A DNA stretch of 64,000 nt from Hydrolagus colliei (Eukaryota): positions 15,872,001-15,936,000 of the forward strand of contig CM068748.1 of NCBI GenBank assembly GCA_035084275.1, read 5' to 3'. Shown here in pieces: positions 1 to 12,237 of this stretch; within the stretch, counting starts at the first letter, position 1; each line of letters opens with the position of its first letter. The notes below the pieces were generated by a model, which was given only the letters and a program-made list of their open reading frames with translations, had not been told where the DNA came from and made no database searches. The translations under genes were made by a program, and so were the position numbers.

Positions 1-227
1 AAATACTGTAAAGTGAATTGACTGTATATTTGTGGGCGAAATGCGGCAACAAGTTGCGCAAGGCAGTGTCTCACAAACAGTCGTGGATTGAAGTGACCAA
101 TTTATTATTGTATTTTTGAGGGATTATTATCAGGTATGTGGAGTAAGGAAACTTGCCCTGATTTGCCTGGATTTGAACCCAGGTCTCTCACTTGCAAAGC
201 GAGTGCTCTAATCACTGAGCTACAGGA
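1..227 (-). mobile_element. tRNA-derived SINE (Deu-domain-like body, L2-like tail), 3' end cut off by the window edge
   Basis: The reverse complement begins CCTGTAGCTCAGTGATTAGAGCACTCGCTTTGCAAGTGAGAGACCTGGGTTCAAATCC (A and B boxes). The body matches the copies at 8162, 25040 and 40582. Confidence 0.85.
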
Positions 228-1719
228 TAACCCAACCGAGCAGCCAGCCCAGGTCAGTATCAGCAGTGGTGGGGGTAATTGCCTTGAACTCCCTAATTCT
301 AATCCACCTTGCCCTCCACCCTCAACCCCCATACACACCTGCCTCTAACTCCTCGGTCACCATCTATCCCTCCAGAGTTGAAAATTCATTCACTTTTATC
401 ACATTTTTGGCTAAATAGATCAGAATACATCCATCAAAATGTGATATAAATTATGTGCCCAAATATAATTACCTGCAAAGCAGAGAACAATTTTGTTTAA
501 CAATGTTTTAAATTTATTTAATGACTAAATTACAATTTCTTCCACTCTTCCTCCACTCCAAGTTTCATGGCTAAAAGTTTGGGATGTTGATCAGATAAAC
601 CAGGTACAACTGGTTAATATGAACACAGTTCTTCATCTGATCTCAATATCCTATATATCATCACCTTACCACGTCCAGGGATAAAGTAATGAGTTGTGAG
701 TATTCAAACCTGGCAGGCTTGCCAACATTTCCATTGTGGTACTACAAAAGTCACAGACGACGCACAGTTTGGCATTTTCATGAGATGCCTGAATTATTTT
801 TTAAAAAATGCATTTTTAGATTTGCGCAGCAGTTCTTTTTTCTCCTATTTGTCATTGAATAAACAAATAGCAATTTGCAATAACTAGCTTATTGCATTTG
901 AAAGGTAAGCTGACAGAACCTCTGCTGTCTTTATCAGTATTAAGGGATTCATTTGCCAAAGTCTTTGTTAACTGCAATGAAAGGGGTAATACTCTGAAGT
1001 GATAATTTGACTGTCTTCTTCTCTGTTGGTTTTGCACTCACTTTCTTGTCCAACTCTCTAACATACATACTAGTCTTATGGCAGAGACCTGATCAAGCAG
1101 ATGTTGATTAACAACATTATTTCTAACCAGCATTTATCCTACTTCAGGTTCATTCGGAAAACAAATCTGTAGGATTGCAAATTCCGCATTTAAGAGTGAC
1201 TTTATTCATGTATTATTAATGTCTAGAGTAATCAACAGCTAGAATAGGTTTCTAGAAAAGTGTTTTTTAAACAAATGCAATGGACGAATTTAAGAAGCAG
1301 CTTGTTCTTAGAATGGGAAGGCAATAGGGTTGGTATTGTCCAAGGATGAGGCTAAATGGATCAAGGCACCATTTTTTCAGCGAAATGCCTCTCATGATAA
1401 ACTACAGTACATGTTTACTCTGTCAGCATTTTCTAAGTAAAAACAATATATTGAAATACCATCAAATTCCAGAATTTTGTCTGAGATTTGTAGTCGAATT
1501 ATCACTTCAGAGGGTTGTCTGATTCCCCTTTAATGGCACATTTAACAAATACTTTGCTATTTCTCTCCATGATTTGTATTGTTTGTATTGTACCTGGGGT
1601 GATACTGTTATTTATAATTGCCAGATACATTCCTGTTGCAAAGTTATTGCCAAAGTTGTAATGGGGAGTAATCTGTCTCTCTGTTTACTGAGATATCCGA
1701 TAGAGTTTGAATAGATTTT

Positions 1720-2180
1720 GAGGTTAAACTGAGGCCCTGTCTGCTTGTTCAGATCTATTAAAGAATCCATGTCACTATTTGAAACAAGAAGGGATTTTCT
1801 CCACATTTCTTAGGCAATAATTCCCCAGATTAAATTGGTCATTCACAGCATTGCTGTTTGTGGGAAGTTGTGTGCAAATTGGCTGCTGTGTTCACCACAA
1901 AATACACAGTCAAAACACTTTTTATATAATTTATATGATAATCCATGCTTTTGATAAAATGCTTTATCATGTACCAGGTGTCTCAAAGCACTTCACAGAA
2001 ACTACTGTAAACTGTATTGACCATATTTTGTGGGCGAAATGCGGCAGCCAATTCCACACACAGTGTTCCACAAACAATCATGGATTGAGTGACCAAATTA
2101 TTATTTACAGCATATCCTGTGAAGTGCTTTAAGACATTTCATTGAGACAATAAGGTACAATATCAAATACAAGGACTTTT
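1720..2180 (+). mobile_element. Old Deu-domain SINE (SacSINE1/AmnSINE1-like) interrupted by a minus-strand SINE fragment (~1945-2100)
   Basis: TTAAACTGAGGCCCTGTCTGC...TTGCTGTTTGTGGGAAGTTGTGTGCAAATTGGCTGC resembles the Deu core. The plus-strand tail resumes at ~2104 (TTTACAGCATATCCTGTGAAGTGCTTT) after an inverted copy. Confidence 0.7.
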
Positions 2181-2752
2181 TATTGGTTTATTATATTGGG
2201 ATTCACTGTAGGTTGTATGCCTGCCCAGAAGGCTTGTGTTAAATTATTGACATGGATCAAGCTGTTACTTAAACCATATCCTTCCTGTGGAATATTTTCC
2301 ATCGCTCAACACATCTAAGTGCACAGAATGCATCTACACATTCTACACATTCCCACAGCTTTTATGTAAACATATCATGCTGTGCCCAATTGATGTGCAG
2401 TAAAATATTTACATCAACATTAGTTGTGTTGCAGATGTTGAAACACATCAACATCAGCCAGCATTGAGTGTCTGTTTGTAGCGGTCTATTAGTCATTGAT
2501 CTGAAGTGGAACTGTTGAAAATAGTTAGTGTTGAATGCAATGCAAAACACATATGGATCATGAATTTTCGACTAAGATTTTATTTTGTTGCGGTAGTATC
2601 CCAGAACTATAAATATTATCATAAAAAATTATAAAGGTCTATCCAAATTATTTTGGATGGGAAGCAGTTATTTCACATAGTTTTAATATATGCCCAAAAG
2701 AGTCCCATGTGATTATGCCTATGTTAGTTTTAAGATACATCTACATAACTGT

Positions 2753-2827
2753 ACAGCGCCTTGGGACGTCCTCTTGACGTTAAAGGTGCTATATAAATGT
2801 AAGGATTGATTGATTGATTGATTGATA
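2753..2827 (+). mobile_element. L2 3' tail only, with (GATT)n terminus
   Basis: CAGCGCCTTGGGACGTCCTCTTGACGTTAAAGGTGCTATATAAATGTAAGG(ATTG)n matches the 3' end of the L2 at 10560-11472. Confidence 0.8.
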
Positions 2828-4423
2828 AATGCAAATTTGTTTTCTTGTATTCCAACTGTGATCTTTTTCTTATCCTACAGAAAATGTGTTCATTCCATTT
2901 TCATTTTTGGATTGTACAAAGCCAAGCAGCAATGTTACCCATTACAGCCTGACAGAACTGCAATGCTTAGGCTATACCCTGCAGTGTGATATATCTCAAA
3001 ACAATTTCAGATTCTTCTGGCAAGAATATTAGCTGCAATAAAAACACACAGAAATTGCATTTCAAGTTTAAATATTGAACAGATATTGATGTTTACAAAA
3101 TGTTCAATTCCAGAATCCTCCAACATTTTAATGAACTTACTCCACAATATCCCCATATCCCCAAAATGCTCTTTAGCTTTCAATTGGTTATTTTCAAAGA
3201 AAAAGCAAAAAACAACATACAGTAATTTGAAAACACAGGTAAGATTTATGTTTGACATATCAAAGTCAACTATTTGGGAATGACATAGAGCAATAATTGG
3301 TTGTGATACATGACTGTCAATTAGGTTCACAGTACGAAGGAAAGGTCTGAAGGCTTACACTACAACCATTGTCATTGATTGTCAATCAGGAAAACTGTTT
3401 CAAATGTTGCAATTATTCTGCATTAATTCAGTATAATTCTGCACTGAATTGACAAAAGAACACAGTATAAATTTAGTTTGTGAGTTAAATACTCATTTCA
3501 GATGATCAAAATGTGAGGATTCATAGTCTGCAAGTTGAATTGTCAGTGTACCTTGTGTTCCAAAAGAGAACCTCATTAAAAATCTAATCAAGTGACAAAG
3601 TAAAATTGCTTTAGATATTCAAACCTGCTGAATTGAAGTTGACCATCTTGTGATATGCTTTTTTTAAAAATATGGGGATGGCTGGAGGAAAAGAAATGAT
3701 ACTGATAATAAGACAGCTAAGGAGTGCTATATAAATGCACGATGTTGTTATTCATTCTCGAGTTCAAATGCTGCTCAGAATGGTTAAACATCCAACTTCT
3801 TTGTCGCCTGTAAAAGGTTTTGGTAAAACCTACCTTCCCAATACCTTGTGTTTATTGGTTGTTGTTGTTGTTGAGTCCACAGAACAAACCTTCTTTTGGG
3901 ACTGGTATAATTATTACTTGTTCATCAAAGTCCTGTAGAGACACAGTAAGGATAGACAGCACAGAAATAGAAAACCTACATTAGTACAAAAGGTTCACTT
4001 TTAGGGTTGAAGAGTATGATCCTGTAAACACACAGTTCCAGTGGGAATTGCCATGTTTTTTTCATACTCTAGGTAGCAGTTAGATAAAAGTATTTGATAT
4101 TGAGAGCAAGATGCGAACATCTTCATTGAGAGTATATTTTTGGATTGAAATAGTCAATTCCCGAACCGTCTTTATGATACACTGCTGCCTGTGATGCAGT
4201 AATCACTAAAACTATTGATGGTTTCATTAAGTGTGTTGAAAAGGAAATCGAGGCCTCATCCATGGAGTTAACAGTGATTAACCAAAATAAACTGATTCAC
4301 ACATTTTCAGTGTGTGATGGAATATGGTGTGTATTGTGAAGGAGGAATTTTGCAATGCTGCAGAAATTGATTGATCACAACATCTGTCTTTAGGAAAAGA
4401 AACAAGGAAAGCAGTGGTGGTCT

Positions 4424-4500
4424 ATAGAATCATAGCATGTTTACAACACAGAAGGAGGCCAGTTAACCAATTGTGTCTGGCTGGTTCTAGCTCCTCCACT
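4424..4500 (-). mobile_element. CR1 LINE 3' end fragment
   Basis: ATAGAATCATAG...ACAACACAGAAGGAGGCC is the reverse complement of a typical CR1 3' terminus. Confidence 0.55.
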
Positions 4501-5029
4501 GCAGACTAGCACTGCATTTGCATAATATTTTTGCTATTAAGCCCACATGCATATTGGAAGAAATGTCCTTAAGCTAAAATGCTTAGTGTGTGTTCAATCA
4601 AGTAAATTGAATGTGCATTGCTAAAATTATCTTCAATATTGAAGGAAGCATTGAGAAAATGGGGGAACAGACGGTTCAGTGTGGGAAGCCAAGATGGGTG
4701 CACTCAATATTTTAATATGTATCTCATTGTATTTTTGTAGGTCATCTGTCAAGACGTTTAGTGTTATAAATACAGACTATTTATGGTAAGTTCATCCACA
4801 AGGAAAGATATTAATCACTGATACTTCAGTGTTCAGTTAATACATTTTGGGAGATTATTTTATAAACTAGAATTGTTTTTGAAAGAGGGACCTTTGTAAC
4901 TATATAGCTTCAGATTTTTCCAGGTCATACCTGAAATAATCCTTGTATTTGATATATCCTTCATGTTTTCTGGTTACAGTTGGATTGAGCTGCCTTTCAG
5001 CCTAGGTTTGCAAATTTGACATTGCTCAG

Positions 5030-5270
5030 GTTAACCTCCAAAATCCCTCCATGCTCTCCCCCATCTTATCCCTGTGACCTCCTTCAACCCTATCAATCTG
5101 CTCACTGCCTTGCTCAGAGAATACTGACCTGCTTTACGCCTCCACCATCAGCAGGCGATTCCATGATTATGTTCAGCTCTCTGGAACTCCATTTGGAGGT
5201 CCTTCTGCCATGTACCAGCAGTGACAAGCAATTTGAGATGTCCTCTCAATGTGAAAGGAGCTACATACAG
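5030..5270 (+). mobile_element. Decayed L2 3' fragment
   Basis: C-rich degenerate ORF2 end (HxLxPSYxxDLL-like) followed by a TTTGAGATGTCC...GTGAAAGGAGCTA tail. Confidence 0.55.
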
Positions 5271-5284
5271 TATATATTTTTATA

Positions 5285-6001
5285 CAGTAGAAGCCTCGAT
5301 GAACCGGCACTTCCGTACAACTAGTACGCCCCCAAAAAAGTCCTCATTCGATAAACTGGAACTTATCCGGAATAATAGAGGTGGAGTATTTGTAAATGTA
5401 TAAATAATAACATAATAACAGAATATTGTTTTGGTACTTATTGTTAAAACTACTCTCATGCGCTTCTCACCTTTGCTGGTAGATGCTGCGCTTGAAGCCA
5501 TGATGCTGCGGTTGAGGTTTGTAGTCCAGCGATTCTTTTTAAAATGGAGCACGCCAAGTAGGTGAAAAAAAAGGAGCGCAACTTTAAAGCCATACTAACA
5601 GCAAGCCGATAACGCTAGCCGATAACCCACAGGTGCAGTCTTTCGGTTTGCCGCTAGTAGAGTTTAGGGCTATCGGCTTGCCGCTAGTAAAGACGCGCAA
5701 CTTTAAAATCGCGCTGCCGTTTTTTTCACCTGCTTGGCGTCCTCCATTTAAAAAAGAATCGCTGGACTATAAACCTCAATCAGTAAAGGTGAGAAGCGCA
5801 AGAGAGTAGTTTTAACATTAAGTACCAATACAATATTCTGTTATTATCTGTTATTATTTAGTCCGGTGTGTATAGTGAGCGTTAAAAGAACTAAAAAAAT
5901 TTTGTGGTGGGTTTTCGGTCGCAGGCTGCCCGAATATTCGGCAGGCGCTTTAACTGGCATTGGCCAGGTCCTGCGGGTGCCGGATAAATTGGCTTTTACT
6001 G
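5285..6001. mobile_element. Non-autonomous Tc1/mariner (pogo/Tigger-like) DNA transposon with a long internal palindrome
   Basis: Left end TA|CAGTAGAAGCCTCGATGAACCGGCAC; right end reverse complement CAGTAAAAGCCAATTTATCCGGCAC. Internal inverted repeat 5401-5590 / 5700-5860. CpG-rich relative to its flanks. Confidence 0.8.
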
Positions 6002-6003
6002 TG

Positions 6004-6050
6004 TATATTATATATATATATATATTGTGTTTATATGTATATATACATAT
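6004..6050. repeat. (TA)n-rich low-complexity tract
   Basis: TATATTATATATATATATATATT... immediately right of the MITE. Confidence 0.8.
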
Positions 6051-7829
6051 GGAAATTGTATTGTTTATTGCACAAAGACTTTCCCAAAGATGTGGAAAAA
6101 ATCTGCAATCAGAAAATTCAAATTGTAACTTGTGACTCAGAATGTGGTTGTGCAACAGAACATAGTTCAGAACAGGGAGTTCTCTAATGAATACCCCTCA
6201 TTGATCTAAACTCACTGCTAAAATAGATTAATTGTAAGTCTCTAAAATAGATTAATTGATCATTGTATAATTGTTTCCAGTGGATACAGTGATGTAATTT
6301 ACGCTTACCCAATAACAATAACACTTTAAACTTGCATGAAACACTGACATGTTTTTATGTAATGCAAGTATCCTTCTTGTATTCATTTGTGGCATGGATG
6401 GAGTTCATCTGGTTGGAGGCATGACTATTTCTCACCTTTGGCAGACCCAAGTGAGGATATTTTCTAGTGAAACCTTTAATCATCCTTCATATTCTGATAT
6501 GCCTGCACTGACCTTCACTTATCCTCTGAATTTTTGGTTCCATGACTAGAAGCCATTAATCATAGCCAAAAATATTATTTAAGAAATAAATCGGGCAAAT
6601 TCCTCAATTTCTCGACAAAATAATTGTTTCCCCCCAAATTCAGACCTCCACACAAACTGTTTGCCAGCTGATCTGATCTGTTCCTATGTCTATTGGAAGA
6701 TCACAAAAGTTATCCAAAATTATTTCCTTTCACTATTAGGCCCAAGCCATTGATAGTAATGCTTGAGCACCTTGGATGAACTGCACCTCTCCCCTTCTAT
6801 TTTTATAAGGGCCTCTCCTCCCAATATGAATGATGCTGTGATTTCAGAACCACTATTAACACTCTTTCTTTCCCCCGCTGGGGAAAGGGAATAACAGTAT
6901 TGTTGCAATCTCAAGTTGTGGCAACAAGGAACAGATGAGAAAGAGGGAAGCATGAGAGAAAGTGAGGAAAGTAAGAGAGAAGAGAGATCAATCCCCCCAC
7001 CCCCCACTCAGAGTATGTTAATACCTTTTCCACACTGCACAGCATAAAAAATACCTTTTGGGGAGATGGATGGCTTGGGGCATGTTCAATTGTAAGTAAT
7101 TGAGCACATATGGGTGTTCTCGTTTTGAAGTGTGGAGTGACTCCATATTTTGGAGCAACTTGATGGAATTCCTTGCTGGGGGTTACAATAGCTCTGCCTG
7201 ACAATATCTAAATGGTTGGCACCTCCATCTGATACCACAGCAGAATTGAAGAACTGCTTGTGTGTGAGTTGTGTCTGCTGCTGGCTGAGGAAAGTATAAT
7301 TGTGGCTGTATGGCAACGCTACTTGTTTTTTGCAAGAATACTTTTGCTTAATTCACTTAGAAATTCTGAGCTATGCCTAGAACAGTGAAAAAAACAGCAC
7401 TGCAGAGAGCAGGATTAGTGTATGCAAATGCACCAGGTGAGAAATCATTGGGCATTCATGCCTCACTTTATCAGTTTTACTAAATATAGAATAACAGATG
7501 GTTAGGTTTGGATTTTAAACATTGATTTGTTATTTTCTTAGGTTTGAGTTGGCCTACAAGTGAGAACATACATTTACACCAAATGAAAGGAACCGATAGA
7601 CTTTAAAAATCCTTTGCCTGTTCACTAAAGCTCTTTCATCTCTTTGTGTCTATCTATGAAAAAATATATAATTGACAGTAAAGTAAGGATATCAAGATGT
7701 GTGATGGAATGTGGGGGATGGAGGAGAAAGGAAGAGATATCAGACACATGTGAGGAAACATTGGAATCTAGGGGAACTTTTTTGATGCTCAGTTGAAAAG
7801 CACTCTTGCCTCTGAAGCAGAAGCTTATG

Positions 7830-8150
7830 GATTTAAGCCAGCCACACTTCAGGACTTTGTACTCACTGTTTATGCTGACACTCCAGAGCAGTGCTGTGGG
7901 TTGCTGCATTATTGGAAGTGAAGTCCATCAGGTGATATGATAAACTGAGGTCCTATCTGACTTTTTAAATGGATTTTAAAGATTTAATGGCATCATTCGA
8001 AAAGAGAAGGGTATTTCTCCCAATGTGACCAGCAAAACCCCAGCCAGATAGAATTATTCACTTCATGGCTGATTGCAGTATCTTGCTGTGGGCATATTGG
8101 CTGATGTGTTTATCTATAAGTTACTGCACATTATCTGATGTATCCTTTGA
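7830..8150 (+). mobile_element. Old Deu-domain SINE (SacSINE1-like)
   Basis: GCTGACACTCCAGAGCAGTGCTG...TAAACTGAGGTCCTATCTG...TCTTGCTGTGGGCATATTGGCTG resembles the DeuSINE core and the copies at 1720 and 44690. Confidence 0.7.
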
Positions 8151-8161
8151 AACATTCACCC

Positions 8162-8478
8162 AATAATAATAATAATCCTTGCATTTGATATAGCACTTTC
8201 CATGTCTTCTGGATGTCTCAAAGCGCTTCACAGAGGCTGCTGTAAAGTGAATTGACTATATTTGTGGGCAAATCATGGCAGCCGATTGCGCATGGCAGTG
8301 TCCCACAAACAGTAGTGGATTGAAATGACCAATTTATTGTTGCTTTTTTTTCTTTGAGGGATTATTATTGGGCATGTGGAGTAAGGAAACTTGCCCAAGG
8401 TTTCACCCTGCCTGGAATTGAACCAAGTCTCTCGCTTGCAAGGCGAGTGCTCTTAACCACTGAGCTACAGGACTCCAC
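8162..8478 (-). mobile_element. Full-length tRNA(Ala-TGC-like)-derived SINE
   Basis: Reverse complement: GTGGAGTCCTGTAGCTCAGTGGTTAAGAGCACTCGCCTTGCAAGCGAGAGACTTGGTTCAATTCC (A box, CTCGC/GCGAG anticodon stem with TGC, B box), then a Deu-like body, an L2-like tail and a (TTA)n end. Confidence 0.9.
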
Positions 8479-9656
8479 AATGTAAAAGGCCCTGCATCAG
8501 ATGTAGTATTATTATAATTGAAACTCAAATTTTTATGGAGGAGTTTTTTTATTACCCTCAAATTCCACAGTGAGAATATCACTGTATCATAGCTATCGCA
8601 AAACATATTTTTATTTACTTAAGTAATTTATTTAGATTAAATAACATAAATAGTTGAAATAATTTTATTGCCTTTCTGAGACATGTAGAATTTACATGCC
8701 AATTCATTCTTGAATTGGAATAAAATTTGCAGATTTAAGATGGGCATCAACTAATTTTTCTTATAATGCCAAAGATATGGACAAAGAACCAAAGAACCCC
8801 CAAGATTGTTGGAGTTTCTTAAGATCCAAGTTGTTAATTGCTATTTGATCAAATATTTTGATTTGATACTTTTGTTTAACTTGCTGTTGAACTTTCCATC
8901 AAAACAGTTATTGAAAACAATTATTTACCCTTTGTTAATCTGTCATTGCAGGAAGTGTTTTCTTAAACAGTATTACTTTGAACAGAGTGCAGCTCCACCG
9001 TACATACCTCTGTGAACTGACCTTTAGTAATTAAAAGGCACAGTTATCTGGAACTCAGGGAAAGGCTTTGAACTTGACAGCGTTTAAATATTTATGCAAA
9101 GAAAAATTGCCGACAATCTTTTTGAAGGCCGCTTTCTACTGCAGAGTGCACCTCAGTTTGATGCCAATTAGGTGAACCATTAAGAATGCACAAAATGCTC
9201 AATTTCTGTGGTCAGGTCAAACACACTCCGTTTAATATAGCACCTTTCACATCACGAGGATGTTTCAAAGTGCTTCACAGGACGTACTGTAGAGTCTAGT
9301 GACTCTGCATTTTGTAAAAATGAATGAATGTGGAATATGCAAGTCAATTTATTTGTTGCTCATTGAAGATTGGTTAAAGTAATTTAAACCATATAAAATA
9401 AATCATTCTATGGTTGGATGTGAACTCAAATCCAAGCACTATTCAAACTGATTGCTATTTGGTTTCAAACCATCAGTATTTCTGTTTGTTTGCTTCCAGA
9501 TTTTAAGTATTTGCAGTACGTATTTATCTTTTCTAAAAACGTTGCACTTCGAAAACTCCCCTTTAATATTTGTTTCATTTCAATCTATAAGTGTGTTTAA
9601 AAAGCTGCTTGTTTTTTCCTGTATTGAACATTGCCAAGGTTTCCATGTGCAGCTAA

Positions 9657-9772
9657 TAGTAATAATCATATTAATAATCCTTGCATTTGATTTAGCACCT
9701 TATCATATTGTTGAGACATTTCAAAGCGCTTCACAGAATATACTCTTAAGTGAATTGATTGTATTTTGTAGG
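9657..9772 (-). mobile_element. SINE 3' fragment
   Basis: AATAATCCTTGCATTTGAT...TCAAAGCGCTTCACAGAATATACT is shared with the full-length copies. Confidence 0.8.
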
Positions 9773-10225
9773 CAGATATTTTTTCAAGCCAATAGGCAAC
9801 TTTTTCTTCCAGGCTTTATTTCCCAAAATTTGGTGTTCGAAAGCGGATCAGTTGAACACATTTCTGAGTTTATTTTACTCGCATGTGATCATATTCTTTA
9901 ACTTTTTCTTGAAGCTTTTAACTCTCTTCTGTTGCAATAATTGATTTGGCATTGTGCTTATCTTTTTTCTACTTAATGTGACTCTGTAGTAAATTGGATG
10001 AGTTCAGCTCAATTAAAAAGTGTCTGTCATGGTTCGGAAAGCACAGAGAAACATGGTATACAATATTACTATGATTGATGAATACAGTTGTAGGACTTGG
10101 AGAGGTGAGTTATCAATTAATTCACACATTAGGGAAAGCCCTAATTCAAAAGCATTTATATTTTCTTGGCTTAATGATGAAGTTGCAACTGGAATTAGTC
10201 ATCACAAATAAAACAGAAAATACTG

Positions 10226-11515
10226 GAGGAATCAGGGAAGAAGAACAGAAGAAGAACAGGGAATCCTGGCGGTAACTTCTTTGAGAAGTATATAGCACCT
10301 TAATCACATCTCGAAGATGTGATAAGCCATTATATAAAATGTGAGGATTATTATCATTATTATTATTATTATAATGGGCATGCCAAGTCCAGCAGACGTG
10401 AAAAGTGTTATATCAAATGCAAGTACAGTATTATTATTGTTATGATCATCTCACTTTATTTGCCTACAAATGCAGCTTTTTGCATATTCCATATGAATTA
10501 TTGTGAAAAAGAATGTACAATATTTTTGGTGTGAATTTCACCTACTAATACAACTATCCGACATCGAATCGTGGACGAGGGACAACTTTTTGCAATTGAA
10601 CGTGAATAAGACCGAGGCCCTCCTGATTGGCTCAAGCCAGCGCCTCCGCACATCGGGCGCTGCTAGCCTCAACATCCAAGGCTGCACTCTCCACCTCACA
10701 AAGCCAATCAGGAACCTCGGCATCATGTTCAATCAAAAACTTTCCTTCCTCCCCCACATCCGCGCCTTGACTGGCACCGCCTATTTCCATCTGCGCAACA
10801 TTGCCAGGCTCCGCAACTATCTTACCCCCCACGCTGCCGAAACACTCGTGCACGCGTACATCACCTCACGGCTCGATTAGGGAAATTCTCTCCTAATCGG
10901 CCTCCCCAGTTCCTCCATTCATAGGCTGCAGGCCATCCAAAACTCTGCAGCCCGTGTACTATCCCGCACCCGCCTCCGTGACCACATAACCCCCACCCTC
11001 GCCCGTCTCCACTGGCTCCCCATCCTCCAGAGGATCGAATTTAAGATCCTCGTCCTCACCTACAAGGCCTTGCACGGCCTTGCCCCATCCTACCTAGCCG
11101 ATCTACTCTCCCCCTACACGCCCACCCGGACCCTCCGTTCAACAGGACTTGGCCTGCTCCAAGCCCCCCGCCCGAACCGCCCCACCATCGGAGGCCGGGC
11201 CTTCAGTTTCTCCGCTCCCACCTTATGGAATGCCATCTCTCAATCCCTCCGTTTCGCCTCTTCCCTTTCCTCTTTCAAGGCCGATTTGAAGACTTTCCTC
11301 TTCGATCGTGCCTTTTGTTCCACCCCGAACTCTTTTACCTCCCCTTCGTGTTTCACCCTTTCCCAAACACTCCCCTCCCAGCTCGGGTCACACGCCTCTT
11401 GTTTAGCGCCTTGGGACGTCCGCCCGACGTGAAAGGCGCTATATAAATGTAAATTGTTGTTGTTGTTGTTGTTATCCATTGAAGGAAGCATTTAAAATGT
11501 ATATGAGCAGGTTTA
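10226..11515 (+). repeat. Left arm of a ~370-bp inverted duplication (10226-10559 plus 11478-11515), split by an L2
   Basis: Near-identical reverse complement of 12238-12604. The ORF track shows the same spurious peptide (MISHYIKCEDYYH...) at 10319+ and 12513-. Confidence 0.95.
10560..11472 (+). mobile_element. Young 5'-truncated L2 LINE (ORF2 C-terminus plus 3' tail), TATCC target-site duplication
   Basis: Translates LSDIESW..NFLQLNVNKTEALLIG..NLGIMF..AYFHLRNIARLR..LHWLPI..FKILVLTYKALHGLAPSYL..GGRAFS..LKTFLF in a single frame with one stop (10878-10880). Ends GCGCTATATAAATGTAAA(TTG)n. TATCC at 10555-10559 and 11473-11477. Confidence 0.95.
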
Positions 11516-12237
11516 GATATTCAGAATTTTAAGATGCTATCTCAGACATATGTCTGGGTTGTTTTGTTTATTTTCTCCCCAATAGATTAACTTGAGTGAA
11601 AACAAGCTCTCTGAGAATCCAGTGCAATTATAGAGGGAGCTCAGCATTTTGAGATGCCTTTCTTCAGATGAGACATTAAACAGATTTGAAAACAGAAGGG
11701 AATTTTTCTCAGTGGCCCATTTTTCAGCTAAATTGAACATTCACTTTATATTTATTTGTGGAATCTTGTTCTTTGCAGCAATTATTTAACATAATGTTTT
11801 TGTAGGGACAGAAACACCAAAGCAGATGGCTGCAGCAGGATGTCCAAGATTCTCATTATGGGACAGTCACAGAGTTGAAATTGTCTTGATTTTTAATTGA
11901 ACATCACTGTGCATTTGGCATAACGCGATGCAAGGGCTTACTGGTGTATTTGTGTACAATTGACACGTGATTGTATTTTCTGAGCAGATTTAACAGTAAT
12001 CTCTGCACTCCCACTGTGCACCTGAACCAGTGGCAAGAGGATTTCAAAGCTTTAAATGCCTACAACAACAACAAAATCATATTTATAGAGTGCCTTTCAC
12101 TACTGGAGGATATCCCAAGGCGCTGGCAACTATTAAAAGCAGCTGCAGATTTATGTACAGTAATAACAAAGAATGAAAGCCTTAATTGCACCATCAAATT
12201 TTTATATTTTTTATATATAAAAGGTAATTATTAAATA

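Noticed and set aside
8405-8478. Apparent tRNA-Ala(TGC) gene on the minus strand
   Set aside because: It is the head of a multi-copy SINE, contiguous with the SINE body, and the acceptor stem is imperfect.
9452-9944. 149-aa hydrophobic ORF and a possible transposase-like phrase on the opposite strand
   Set aside because: The ORF runs through a SINE fragment in T-rich DNA, and the opposite-strand similarity is too short and stop-ridden to support.
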